Below, piece after piece: positions 48,266-58,899 of a DNA stretch of 64,000 bases; within the stretch, counting starts at the first letter, position 1, and every line of letters starts with the position of its first letter. The position numbers and the translations under genes were made by a program. The notes below the pieces were generated by a model. That model worked only from the letters and a program-made list of their open reading frames with translations. It was not told the origin of the DNA and did not search any database. Origin of the DNA: Promethearchaeota archaeon. Lineage in GTDB: Archaea; Asgardarchaeota; Lokiarchaeia; Sigyniarchaeales; SOKP01. Location: contig RDOA01000007.1 of assembly GCA_011364925.1 (NCBI GenBank), forward strand, positions 1-64,000. The letters run 5' to 3'.

Positions 48266-48477
48266 TTTTAATCATCTTTTAATTATAATTCAAATTACGC
48301 ATATTATCTATTCTCAAAATCCTAAATTATTTCAAGTGTCTGCTCCATCTTTCCTTTATACATTAGTTTCTCCACTTGTACTAGTAATTACTTGTACTAA
48401 TGAGTCTAATAATTTTTTTAATCTTAAAAAAAATGCCAATACAAATTATAAATATGATAATAACAAATACCATAATT

Positions 48478-49290
48478 ATGCCATATGTAGAGATTGACAA
48501 GGGTTATAAAGTCTATTATATAGAAAAAGGCAAAGGAAGGAATCTTGTATTTATCCATGGTTTTTTAGGCTCTTCTTGGTTATTCGAAGCTCAACTCGAT
48601 TATTTCTCAAGCAATTTTCATACGATTGCTATAGATCATTTAGGTCATGGCAAAAGCGATAAACCAGAGTCAGAATCCTACGAGTTAACGGATTTAACTA
48701 ATTTTTTGGATGCCACACTCTCAAAAATCATTGGCGACGAAAAAATCATCTTGGTGGGACACTCAATGGGTGGCATGATAAGTTTGCTATATACTTCAAA
48801 TCCAAATTTAGCTAAAAGATTGGATGGCCTAATTTTAATGTCAACAGCTCCTAAACTTAATAATCCTGGTTTAGTTCAATATATTAAAGATTTAAAATCA
48901 GGTGAAATGTCTCTCAAAGACAGGGAAACGATTGAGACAGTTTTTGTAGGACTCTGTTTTCAACGCAAAGCCCGAAAAGAACAAACTAATTTAATAAAAG
49001 AATTCGCAGATTTGACGTTACAAAATGAGGAGTACGTTGGTTTAAGAACGATGGAGTCAATTGTAAATAATTATAATGTAGAAGATAAATTATCAAGCAT
49101 TAACATACCTACATTAATTCTTACTGGAGACAAAGATATATTTATTCTTCCAGACGAATCGAAATTGATGAATCAGAAAATTCCTAATTCAAAATTAGTA
49201 ATATTAACGCCAAAAATAGGACATATGATTCAATACGAAGCTACAGAAGATTATCATAAAGCAATAGAAGATTTTCTAGGAGAAATATAG
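48478..49290 (+). CDS. Alpha/beta hydrolase
   Basis: FIHGF, DHLGHGKS, GHSMGG, GDKD and GHMIQYE; ATG 48478. Confidence 0.92.
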   Translation: MPYVEIDKGYKVYYIEKGKGRNLVFIHGFLGSSWLFEAQLDYFSSNFHTIAIDHLGHGKSDKPESESYELTDLTNFLDATLSKIIGDEKIILVGHSMGGMISLLYTSNPNLAKRLDGLILMSTAPKLNNPGLVQYIKDLKSGEMSLKDRETIETVFVGLCFQRKARKEQTNLIKEFADLTLQNEEYVGLRTMESIVNNYNVEDKLSSINIPTLILTGDKDIFILPDESKLMNQKIPNSKLVILTPKIGHMIQYEATEDYHKAIEDFLGEI

Positions 49291-49366
49291 CCCTCCTGTA
49301 AAATAGATATTCATTTAAAATAATGGATATAAAAAAAATATAAAAAATATTTAATTCATTCTTTTT

Positions 49367-50092
49367 TTAACCTCTTACTCCTAAGTACATGAGTGAGATA
49401 CTAGCAACTAGACCTATTCTAATAAAGAATGTATATATTCCAGGGTCAAATAATCCGTCGAGAGCACCACAAATTATGAAAACGATCCAACCCAAAGAGA
49501 GATATAAAAATTTTCTTCTAATAGCACCAGCGGCTTTCCGACTCTTACTTAAAAATCCAAATCCGTTAAAAATAAGACCTGAAATTAAAAATACCAGCAT
49601 TAAAATGAATGCTATCGATCTAGGATTCATGCTAGTATTGAGTAGAGCGGTTCCATGGGGATCTTCTGGAAGTCGGTAAATGGCTTCGGGGTTAGTCAAA
49701 GAGTAATAAAAAACGATTATTTCAAATATTACGCTCAAAACTGCGTAAATTGAGACAATTAATTTCTTTCTATTAGGTGCCAATAGTTCTGCACCAATAT
49801 AGAGTCCAAATATAGTAATTGGTGCTGTCCAAGTATAACTAAGAAGTCCATATAGCCAATATGGATCCAAATTATCTTCGGTAAAAAGAATATGTATCAG
49901 ATCTACGGAAGCTCCTAATAATATAAAACCAGCACTCATAGTTGCCAAACCTGTTACGATTAATAAAGTAGATTTTAGCTTCGTACCTTTATAGAAACTC
50001 AATATTCCAACTATAATACCCGCACTGACAACAGCTAAAGCTGTTAATCCATCTAACCAGCCAATTGGATTAAGATTAATATCAAAAAGCAT
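49367..50092 (-). CDS. Seven-TM membrane protein (stand-alone)
   Basis: Seven hydrophobic segments; IRRKFLYL before TM6, like the 41-43 kb pair. Confidence 0.72.
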   Translation of the reverse strand: MLFDINLNPIGWLDGLTALAVVSAGIIVGILSFYKGTKLKSTLLIVTGLATMSAGFILLGASVDLIHILFTEDNLDPYWLYGLLSYTWTAPITIFGLYIGAELLAPNRKKLIVSIYAVLSVIFEIIVFYYSLTNPEAIYRLPEDPHGTALLNTSMNPRSIAFILMLVFLISGLIFNGFGFLSKSRKAAGAIRRKFLYLSLGWIVFIICGALDGLFDPGIYTFFIRIGLVASISLMYLGVRG

Positions 50093-50202
50093 ATTATCAC
50101 ATTAATAAAGTGATTTCATTTTTTATAAATATTTGATGTTATCCTTTTTAAAACTATTTCTTTCACATTCTATAAGACTTTTTTATCCTTGATCGGATTT
50201 CT

Positions 50203-51387
50203 TTAATGTTCTAAAATTATAGTAGAACCCGTCGAGTATTTGTTCAAAGCCTGTTCATCAAGCTTGATACCCCATCCTGAATTTTCAGGAACTTTAGCCA
50301 TTCCATTACTATAATCAATAGGATCTAAAATTAAATCATCCTGTAGCATTTCTTGACCAAATAACTCGGTGGCATGGTCAATATAAGGATACTTTGCGGC
50401 TGTAAAATGAATATGCATTGCCGACGCTATTCCTAGGGGTTGATTATGCAAAACCACATCTAATCCGCGCATTTTCGCATAGTTTAAGGCTTTTAATGCT
50501 TTCGTAACTCCTCCTGGTCGTTCAGAGTTCAGTCCTAATACCTTTACAGCTTTCATCTCAACTAATGTTATAAAATCCTTTAAAGAAAAGAAACCTTCGT
50601 GAGCCATCAATGGAGTGTTGACTCTTTCCTGAACAAATGCCATTCCTACATAATCTGATGCTCTAACTGGTTGCTCTACAAAATCAATTACATATGGTTC
50701 AATGGCTTTAATAGCTCGAACAGCCATGTATGGTGTGTAAGCTTGGTTATAATCGACTCTTAACCTAATTTCGTTGCCAAACGTACTTCTGATGAGTTGC
50801 ACGATTTCAAGATCTCTTTCCACGCTACTTCCTAGTTTTAATCGAAAATTTCTAAAGCCTTTTTTATAATAAGATCGAAGTATCCCTTTAACTAATATTG
50901 GTTCTGCGAGAGGAATTAAAGCCGCTAGAGGGATTTTCTCCACAAATTTCCCTCCCATCAAATAACATGCGGGTAAGTTTAACAATTGCCCCATTAAATC
51001 ATAGCAAGCCATATCAATCAAACCTTTAGCTACTTCGCTTCGAGCTAAATTAAGATCCATCCGATGATTTATTCTTTCAATATTAAACGGATTTTCTCCT
51101 AATACATATTTGGACAGTGAATTTTTTATCGCGTCAATAACTTGATATGGTGACACTCCAGTTTCAGGTAACCAGACAAATACCTCACCTAATCCTACTT
51201 CTCCACTTTTACTAAACAATTTGCAAATGACAAAATCACCACCTGGCCAAGCTTCCTCTGCTCCAAGCATGAAACCTAAACCACCTTCACCTTCACTCAT
51301 TGCCTTTATTACAGCTTCTTTGAACGGAACATGCAAAGGGGTAAGTTCACATCTTTCGATTTCAAACTTCAAATTATTCACTAACAT
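50203..51387 (-). CDS. Mandelate racemase/muconate-lactonizing enzyme (enolase superfamily)
   Basis: GLGE, IDMACYDLMG, RLKLG, LRVDYNQ, FVEQP and GWGIKLD. Confidence 0.88.
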   Translation of the reverse strand: MLVNNLKFEIERCELTPLHVPFKEAVIKAMSEGEGGLGFMLGAEEAWPGGDFVICKLFSKSGEVGLGEVFVWLPETGVSPYQVIDAIKNSLSKYVLGENPFNIERINHRMDLNLARSEVAKGLIDMACYDLMGQLLNLPACYLMGGKFVEKIPLAALIPLAEPILVKGILRSYYKKGFRNFRLKLGSSVERDLEIVQLIRSTFGNEIRLRVDYNQAYTPYMAVRAIKAIEPYVIDFVEQPVRASDYVGMAFVQERVNTPLMAHEGFFSLKDFITLVEMKAVKVLGLNSERPGGVTKALKALNYAKMRGLDVVLHNQPLGIASAMHIHFTAAKYPYIDHATELFGQEMLQDDLILDPIDYSNGMAKVPENSGWGIKLDEQALNKYSTGSTIILEH

Positions 51388-51479
51388 TAATTAATTATTT
51401 CTCTATTGAGTAAATAAAATTGAAGAAACATTTATAGTTTTAAAATACTTTAAATAAACAAAAACTCAACATAGAAAAA

Positions 51480-52314
51480 GTGATATTTATGGTGGTTGAT
51501 GTAATAAAACTAAGGGAAGAGTTTAAAGAGCCTTTCGATTTAGTTACGACTTCTGATGGGATTACATTATTTTTAAGGAAATGGGAGCCTCCGAATCCTT
51601 CAAATATAGCTGTTCTTATTTTGCATGGGATTACATCGTATAGTAAACCTTACGAGATGTGGGAATCCAGTCTCCCAAGCAGGATTTACAGTAATTGGCT
51701 TAGATCTGAGAGGTCATGGATTATCTGATGGAATTCGAGGTGATTACCCCAGTAAAGAGAGATTAATCAACGATCTTGTTGAAACCATTTCATTTTTAAA
51801 GAATCAATTCAAATCTCTAATAATATTCGGTCATAGTTTAGGTGTTCTTAACGCTCTAATCGCAACTACAAATATAAGCGAAAAAGTTGACGGTTTAATT
51901 TTATTAAGCGCCGGGAAAACGGTTAATCCTGGAGTGTATAGAAAACAGTCGTTTACCCAGAAATTAAAGATCCTGTTTAGTTCGATCGTGCATCCAAGTA
52001 AACCTGTTATAAAGTATTATCGAGAAGGCATTTTAGGTTTGGATGATCCATTGTTTAATTTTAATTACACATTCAGATTTATGAGACTAATAAATTTTAA
52101 GATTATAGACCGTTTGGATGAACTACACTGTCCTTTATTTTTTGGTATCGGAGAACACGATGAGATTTTTTCTATTGAATCAGCTCAATCACTATTTAAC
52201 GATATACCTTGCCAAGATAAGCAATTTTTTATAATGCCCGGTGCTAAGCATGCTGTGGGATTTACTAAAGAGACATTCAATGAAATAATATCTTGGTTGA
52301 AAACCAAATTCTAA
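51480..52314 (+). pseudogene. Lysophospholipase-like alpha/beta hydrolase split by a frameshift at ~51660
   Basis: One frame gives ...DGITLFLRKW...LILHGITSYSKPYEM; the next continues GNPVSQAGFTVIGLDLRGHG...GHSLG...GAKH. Confidence 0.8.
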
Positions 52315-52350
52315 TAATTTACCCAAATTAACTCTATTATTTTTATAATT

Positions 52351-53196
52351 ATGGAAACCAAAATTCAAAAGGTTGCGATAATCGGAGCTGGTTTTACGGG
52401 AAAACAAATCGCAGCCCAAACAGCTTTATACGATTTTAAAGTGCAAATCTACGATATTAATTCTACAACCTTAAAGGAAGCCGAGAAATACATTGTTGGA
52501 GTGTTAAAACGAAATAAGCGAAAAGAAGCAATTCAAAAAGTCTTATACTATTCTGATTTAACTCAAGCATTAGAAAATACCGATCTAGTAATCGAAGCTG
52601 TTCCGGAAAATCTTGAGTTAAAAAAAGAAGTATTCTCACAAATAGACAACATTGCTCCAACACACGCTATAATAGGGACTAATAGTTCTTCTTATCCAGT
52701 ATCAAGAATTGAATCTGCGGTCAAGAGAAAAGATAAAGTCCTAAACTTGCATTTCTATCCTCCTATTCCTACCCGTCCAATGGTAGATATTATGCGTGGT
52801 TCCGAAACAAGTGAAGAAACGTTCGAAAAAGGTAAAATATGGATAACAGAAATTGGATGCGAACCGATTATTGTTAAAAAAGAATGTTTAGGTTTTGTGT
52901 TTAATAGAATCTGGCATACGGCAAGAAGAGAGGCTTTAAACATGTGGGATAAAGGAAACGCTGACATAGAAACCATTGATAAAGCGTGGAAGATTTTTAC
53001 TGGGATGAAAATGGGTCCATTTGTTCTAATGGACGGGATTGGATTGGATACTGTATATGCGGTACAAATGTCGTATTACAATGAAAGCGGAGATCCTCGC
53101 GATAAACCACCAGATAGGCTTAAAGAAATGGTTGAAAAAGGCGATCTCGGTATAAAAACAGGAAAAGGATTCTACACTTGGAAAAAAAGGAAATAA
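52351..53196 (+). CDS. 3-hydroxyacyl-CoA dehydrogenase
   Basis: IIGAGFTG, VIEAVPENLELK, TNSSS, LHFYPP, GFVFNR, MGPF and GIKTGKGFY. Confidence 0.93.
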   Translation: METKIQKVAIIGAGFTGKQIAAQTALYDFKVQIYDINSTTLKEAEKYIVGVLKRNKRKEAIQKVLYYSDLTQALENTDLVIEAVPENLELKKEVFSQIDNIAPTHAIIGTNSSSYPVSRIESAVKRKDKVLNLHFYPPIPTRPMVDIMRGSETSEETFEKGKIWITEIGCEPIIVKKECLGFVFNRIWHTARREALNMWDKGNADIETIDKAWKIFTGMKMGPFVLMDGIGLDTVYAVQMSYYNESGDPRDKPPDRLKEMVEKGDLGIKTGKGFYTWKKRK

Positions 53197-53204
53197 ATTT
53201 GTTT

Positions 53205-54140
53205 TTACCCGTTTAATAATAAAATCAAGACCCAAATAAGACCAAAACTGATTAGAATTGTTAAATTCACAGTAATCGTAACTAATCTCTTATCGTAACC
53301 GTTTTCTACTGAGAAGGGAATAACTGCAAGACCAACTGGTAATATTAAAGCCAAACAAATTATAATTCTAAAAAGAGAGTTGAAAATGTTTGGTGGCAAT
53401 AAAAAAAATATGGAAAGACCTGTAATGAGACCTATTATGTACCTTAATGCTAAAACTTTAATTATTGATATCCATTCTGATTTAGAGAATTTAAATTGAA
53501 GAAATATTCCTAATAATAACAACGCTAAAGCTGAATTTGCCCTTGCTATAATGTCGATAAGGTCAGAAATAAAGCTTGGGAACACAAATCCCGCGAAATT
53601 GAGAATCAAAGCGACGATATAACTTATAAGTGGAGTAGATTTAAGTAAACGTCTTAAAATAAATTTGAAATTTATTTTCATTTCGAGATTCTGATTATTT
53701 GGGGAATATATTGTTGCTAGAATGTAACATAACACGAATATTGTAAAACCGTTCCCTGCATCGACAAGAATTATGTATTGCATTCCTGCTTGCCCCCATA
53801 TCCCCTCTACTAAAGGAAAGAAGAAATTTGCGATGTTAAATCCCACTGTTGTCATAATCATAGCTCCTTTCAAGTAAGAAGGATCTTTTCTAAAAACCAA
53901 AATTGCAACGAAAGCCATCAAAAAACCAAAAGAAATACTAATAAAAGGTAATAAAGCCATTGAAAAATCAAATTGGATTGTTGTCGTAAACTTAAAGATA
54001 ACTGCGGGGAGTGTGATATTGAAGATGATTTTCGCAATTGTATCACCATCTGATTCCTTCAATACTTTTAATTTTTTAATTAAATACCCTATTATTATTA
54101 TTGTAATAGAGATTAAAAAAACTACATTTACATCTGCCAT
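53205..54140 (-). CDS. AEC (auxin efflux carrier)-family transporter
   Basis: IIFNITLPAVIF, FPLVEGIWG and LALLLLGI; about 10 TM. Confidence 0.85.
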   Translation of the reverse strand: MADVNVVFLISITIIIIGYLIKKLKVLKESDGDTIAKIIFNITLPAVIFKFTTTIQFDFSMALLPFISISFGFLMAFVAILVFRKDPSYLKGAMIMTTVGFNIANFFFPLVEGIWGQAGMQYIILVDAGNGFTIFVLCYILATIYSPNNQNLEMKINFKFILRRLLKSTPLISYIVALILNFAGFVFPSFISDLIDIIARANSALALLLLGIFLQFKFSKSEWISIIKVLALRYIIGLITGLSIFFLLPPNIFNSLFRIIICLALILPVGLAVIPFSVENGYDKRLVTITVNLTILISFGLIWVLILLLNG

Positions 54141-54366
54141 GCTTACATAATTCTAATACTTGTATTTTTGGTTATTAAAATATTTAAAACAATTAAATAA
54201 TTATCGACCTTGTTTTTATTCAGAATCAAAATATATTTTTTAGAGTTAAAAATCGCACTACATCGAATTCAAAGTTTATAGGGGCGAATTTAGATTAGAA
54301 AAAGACTTATAAGAAAATGGAATACAACATAGATTAATAATAACATTTAAACAAAAATGAATTAAA

Positions 54367-55731
54367 ATGTCATCAGACGAAATTAATGAAGAAGTTGAGT
54401 ATGAAACCACTACATCTAAACGCAATATATTCTTTTGGGCAATGTACGACCTCGCAAATACGATTTATTCTATGGTGATTGTTAGCTTAATAATAAATCG
54501 TTACATATTGGTCATAGGACAACTTGAATATGGTATGACTTATGGAACTGCCAGTTTTCTCTTTGGAACAGTCTCATTTGCAATGCAAATTGTTATAGCT
54601 TTATGTATACCGTTTTTAGGATCGTTAAGTGATAACATAGGTAAGCGTAAACCTTTCGTTATAAGTCTGACGGGAATTATCCTTATCTTCGCAAGCTTGA
54701 TTGGATTTTCCCATAACCTCACATTAGTTCTATTATTTTACATCATAGCAAACATTGCATATCAATTTAGTTTGCTATTCTATGATGCTATGCTTCCATT
54801 TATTGCTAAAAGAAAGGACATTGGTAAAGTTGCGGGATTTGGTGTTGCTTGGGGTTATTTAGGTACGATTATTTCGCTTTTGATCATGATGCCTTTGATC
54901 CTCATATTAGGCGATATGGATTCAACACCTCCAGGTTTAACTTATGGATATACCGGATCTTGGATGCCATTTGTTATATCTATGATACTTTTTTTGGGTT
55001 TTGCGATTCCTTTTCTATTTGTTCGCGAAAAGCAAAAAAAAATGAAAAGACCCCCGATTGGTAAATTAATTAGTAACTCGTTTAAGCAAATAGGTAACAC
55101 ATTTAAAGAGATCAGGACGCATAAGTATATGTTTATTTTTATACTAGGGTATTTTTTTGTTGCAGATATTGCTAATGTAATAGTTCTATACATGACACCA
55201 ATTATTACTGATGGATTAGTTGTTGGAGGAGGATCTACAACATTCGCAATACTCTTTATAATTATCGCTACTTTCTCGGCTGTATTATTTACTTTTTTTG
55301 TTGGATGGTTTGGTGAGAAATTCGGAGCAAAAAATACGTTCTTCCTTGTAGGGCTATTGTGGGGTATAGCATTAACTATCGGTGTCGTTTTAGTTTTTAC
55401 AACTACTTCTATTGATATTGGTGGGAACGTTCCATTTATATTTACGCTAATAATGGGCATAGTAGCTGGTCCTGCTTTAGGAGGAACATGGACGGCACAA
55501 AGAATCATGGTCGTAGAACTTGCTCCTAAAGAAAAGTTTGGTGAATTTTTTGGATTTTCTAAGCTGACTGGTAAATTCTCATCCGCGCTAGGGCCTTTAG
55601 TTTGGGGTCTTGTATTGTTATCTTACGACATAATAGGAAAAGCTGCATACGGTTGGGCTATGATCTCTGTAGGGGTTATCATGGCAATTGGAATCGTTAT
55701 CCTAAGCTTCGTAAAGACGAAATCAGAATAA
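54367..55731 (+). CDS. MFS transporter, UMF1/Atg22-like
   Basis: WAMYDLAN, PFLGSLSD, FYDAMLP, GVAWGYLG and GEFFGF. Confidence 0.88.
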   Translation: MSSDEINEEVEYETTTSKRNIFFWAMYDLANTIYSMVIVSLIINRYILVIGQLEYGMTYGTASFLFGTVSFAMQIVIALCIPFLGSLSDNIGKRKPFVISLTGIILIFASLIGFSHNLTLVLLFYIIANIAYQFSLLFYDAMLPFIAKRKDIGKVAGFGVAWGYLGTIISLLIMMPLILILGDMDSTPPGLTYGYTGSWMPFVISMILFLGFAIPFLFVREKQKKMKRPPIGKLISNSFKQIGNTFKEIRTHKYMFIFILGYFFVADIANVIVLYMTPIITDGLVVGGGSTTFAILFIIIATFSAVLFTFFVGWFGEKFGAKNTFFLVGLLWGIALTIGVVLVFTTTSIDIGGNVPFIFTLIMGIVAGPALGGTWTAQRIMVVELAPKEKFGEFFGFSKLTGKFSSALGPLVWGLVLLSYDIIGKAAYGWAMISVGVIMAIGIVILSFVKTKSE

Positions 55732-55982
55732 ATCAGTATCCAATACTTTTTTTTTATTTTTATTTGAAAATAAATATAAAATTAGTTATTAAGCTATTTT
55801 TTACATTATTTCCCCATTCTAAAATCTAAAATTACTGGCTAATCCAGTATTACTCTTAATTGCAGAAGAACAAGCACAAAAAAAACAAGAGAAATCCTAG
55901 GATTAAGCTAGTTTTTATACTATGAAACTTTAATTCTTGAAAGTAATAAAAATAAAAGAAAAGAAGGAAGGAATAAGTTAAA

Positions 55983-57398
55983 TCATTGTAGATATGGATG
56001 TTGTTTTAATTCTTCTCGCATTTTTTTAAGTTTTTCACCATGTAATGGAAATCGTGATAAAATTATAATCGCTATTCCACATCCAATTGCAGGAAAAACA
56101 AACATTATCGTTTTGATTGCAAACTCTACTTCACTGAGAGGTATAAGAGGGTTATAATCATTCGCCCAAGATGTTCCTTGAAACACAATTCCAATAGTTA
56201 AGATGGCAAATATGGTAGAAAACCTATGAATGAATGCGTTGACGCCGTAATAACTCGCAGATCGTTTTACACCGAACTTAAGAGCATCCTCATCAATTAC
56301 ATCACCATGTATTATATCAACATAGAAAAGAGCACCTGATAATGCGATCCCTTGAATAGCGGTCACTATAATTCCAAAGACTACATTTCCAAGTGGTATA
56401 AGCACAAAGAAGAACAGTAAGACGATCCATATTCCTAAAGTAAGCATGAAAGCATTTCGCATACCTAGTTTCCTACCAAGTCTCATGTGGAGTGGCAACA
56501 ATAATGCTGCTATAATTAATGCTGAAGCTAACGATATCGTAATAATAAATCCTTGGTCTATAAGTAATATGTAGACCCCAAATAATGGTAATATTAGTAT
56601 TAGAGTATTAAAGACATACCATACAAGCATATTAGTGAATGTAAACTTAAGGAACGTCGTATTCTTAGCTGTAATTTTAAGCGATTGATAAAATGAAGGT
56701 CTCTTTTCGAAAATTTCTTGATCTTCGTCTTTTTCCTTAATGCCTTTGAGCAGAAAAGGAATTGCGGTTAAAATCGTTATCACTGCGACCATTGTTCCAC
56801 CAATTATATAGTTAATTTTAATAATATTAAGTCCAGCAGGAGTAGTTGTCTCATCTGGTACTAACGGAGAAAATAAAAGAGAAGGAAGACTTGCAATAAT
56901 GATGCCTAAGACAGTTAAAGCTTTTACAAAAACATTTGTTTGTGATCGGTGACTTTCAGTTGGGAACATTTCCGGAAATAATGCATTTACATTTACATCC
57001 CATAAGGTGTAAAAAAACTCAAATAACATGATAATGAAAAGGAAATATATATATTGAAGAATTTTTTCACTCGCCGCAAAGGGAACGGTAAATAAGAAAA
57101 TCATCATTAAAGATAATGGAATAATAGTTATAATTAGATAAAATTTCCGCTTCCCTAATTTACCCTTATGTCTTGTTCTTTCAGAAAGACCGCCCAAGAT
57201 TGGATCATTGATGCTATTCCATAAAGACCAAACTATAAATCCAATCATCACTGGAACTGTACCCAAATTTACAACAGCAAAGTAATAAGTGAACACAAAG
57301 AGATTAAAAAATTGATATACCATCTGATCGGGAATTGCAGAGAGAGCAAATAAGAATTTCTTTTTAAACGGTAATCGTTCGTCGCTCATACTTTTCAT
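55983..57398 (-). CDS. MFS transporter, glycoside-pentoside-hexuronide (MelB-like) family
   Basis: WNSINDPILGGLSERT, LGKRK, ALFPEMF and GDVIDED. Confidence 0.88.
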   Translation of the reverse strand: MKSMSDERLPFKKKFLFALSAIPDQMVYQFFNLFVFTYYFAVVNLGTVPVMIGFIVWSLWNSINDPILGGLSERTRHKGKLGKRKFYLIITIIPLSLMMIFLFTVPFAASEKILQYIYFLFIIMLFEFFYTLWDVNVNALFPEMFPTESHRSQTNVFVKALTVLGIIIASLPSLLFSPLVPDETTTPAGLNIIKINYIIGGTMVAVITILTAIPFLLKGIKEKDEDQEIFEKRPSFYQSLKITAKNTTFLKFTFTNMLVWYVFNTLILILPLFGVYILLIDQGFIITISLASALIIAALLLPLHMRLGRKLGMRNAFMLTLGIWIVLLFFFVLIPLGNVVFGIIVTAIQGIALSGALFYVDIIHGDVIDEDALKFGVKRSASYYGVNAFIHRFSTIFAILTIGIVFQGTSWANDYNPLIPLSEVEFAIKTIMFVFPAIGCGIAIIILSRFPLHGEKLKKMREELKQHPYLQ

Positions 57399-57573
57399 AT
57401 CGCTATTTTTTTTTTAAACATTATAAATTGTAATTAAGGTTGATTACGCTATATTGTATTTAAAATTATGCTTAAGAGTATAATACAAAATCTTCATAAG
57501 AATAAGCCTTATAAGATGATGGAATACAAAATCTATCAATTTTTTATTTGAGATTAAATTTAAAATTAGATTT

Positions 57574-58728
57574 TTAAGCCAATTTCTTCTCAGGCAAAAT
57601 ATTAACGCGACGATATGGACCTTCGATTAACGAAATAGCATTCTCGGGGCACAAATACGCACACACACCACATCCAACACATTCTTCTCCTATTCTCTCC
57701 GCTAATCCTTCTTCGTTTAACTCTAACACTTGATTAAAACATTTTTCGACACATGTTCCGCAACCTATACATAAATCTTGATCAATATTAACAGTATATT
57801 TTGCGATATTAACCATCGGAAACTTTACGGACACTTTACTAGTTGGACAGCAACAACTACAGCAATTACATATTGCTACTTCATCTTTGCTTAGATCTGA
57901 ATTGAGATGATAAACTTTATGAACTAAACCTGCGTCTTCGATATCTTTTAAGATAGATAACGCTTCTTCTTTAGAAATAAGTCTTGTAAAACCGTGTTTG
58001 GCTGTATGTCTTGCACTTTTCCCGAGCGTGAAACAACTTTCTCCGGGTGGATTCTGTTGGCATTTATGCCCTAAAAATTCCTCTTTTTGGCGACAATAAC
58101 ATTGACCAACAGCTATATCGTCGAATTTGTTAACGATTTCCCTAATATCTTGAGCAGTGACAACTTGTTCTTCTGGTACTTCCAAGTCCTGATTAACTAT
58201 TATTTTAATCTCATCTCCAGTTTCTTTATTCTCTCTAATTGGAACTGTTCGATCCATTGCTGGTATAGTTTTCACCATGTTGGGAAGATTGTCGTAGTCA
58301 TTTTGAGCGAGTGTTCCTAATTCCTTCTCTGTTTCGTGGAATAACTTTGCTAATCTTACCATTTCGTCGGTTTTTTCTAATTTTTTCATGAAAGTATACT
58401 CAAATTGACGGTATATAGGAGCTAGACGAAAAACCACTATACCTTGACGATTAGGTTGATCAAACATTACACCATGTTTCGCTAGACGGTCTACCATTTT
58501 CAAAATCTCTTCTTCAGAATAGGATTTCTCACAGTATTTTGCTATGCTCTCCTTTAGTTGTTCCATCGTTTGAGAGATGTTCCTTTTAAACGCCAGTAAA
58601 AAATCTAAATATTCTTCCGGTATAGCATACTTTAAAATCTCAATCACATTATCTGAAACGATGTATGGTCCAGCTTGATTTAATATGTTGCCAATTTTTT
58701 TATATTTTTCATTAATATCTTCTGTCAT
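57574..58728 (-). CDS. Cys-rich protein with C-terminal 2x[4Fe-4S] ferredoxin domain
   Basis: CYCR, ICNCCSCCC, CIGCGTCVEKC and CVGCGVCAYLCP; paralog of 47168..48265. Confidence 0.87.
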   Translation of the reverse strand: MTEDINEKYKKIGNILNQAGPYIVSDNVIEILKYAIPEEYLDFLLAFKRNISQTMEQLKESIAKYCEKSYSEEEILKMVDRLAKHGVMFDQPNRQGIVVFRLAPIYRQFEYTFMKKLEKTDEMVRLAKLFHETEKELGTLAQNDYDNLPNMVKTIPAMDRTVPIRENKETGDEIKIIVNQDLEVPEEQVVTAQDIREIVNKFDDIAVGQCYCRQKEEFLGHKCQQNPPGESCFTLGKSARHTAKHGFTRLISKEEALSILKDIEDAGLVHKVYHLNSDLSKDEVAICNCCSCCCPTSKVSVKFPMVNIAKYTVNIDQDLCIGCGTCVEKCFNQVLELNEEGLAERIGEECVGCGVCAYLCPENAISLIEGPYRRVNILPEKKLA

Positions 58729-58899
58729 TTTTTTCTCTCTTAAGCAATTATTCATTACTTACTATCTCGCTTTCCATTTAATAAAAAATTATGGATATTG
58801 TTATAAACATTCCTCTGCATTCCCTAAATTAGGAGTAATCAAAAACTGGAGTGCCCAAGCCTTAAATTTATTTAAAAAGAAATACTCAAATTGCTTATA

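Noticed and set aside
54367-55731. Atg22 as a eukaryotic autophagy signature
   Set aside because: UMF1/Atg22-like MFS transporters are widespread in prokaryotes
55833-55904. Short hairpin TACTGG/CCAGTA and palindrome AATCCTAGGATT between convergent transporter genes
   Set aside because: Too short to distinguish from chance; no ncRNA structure supportable
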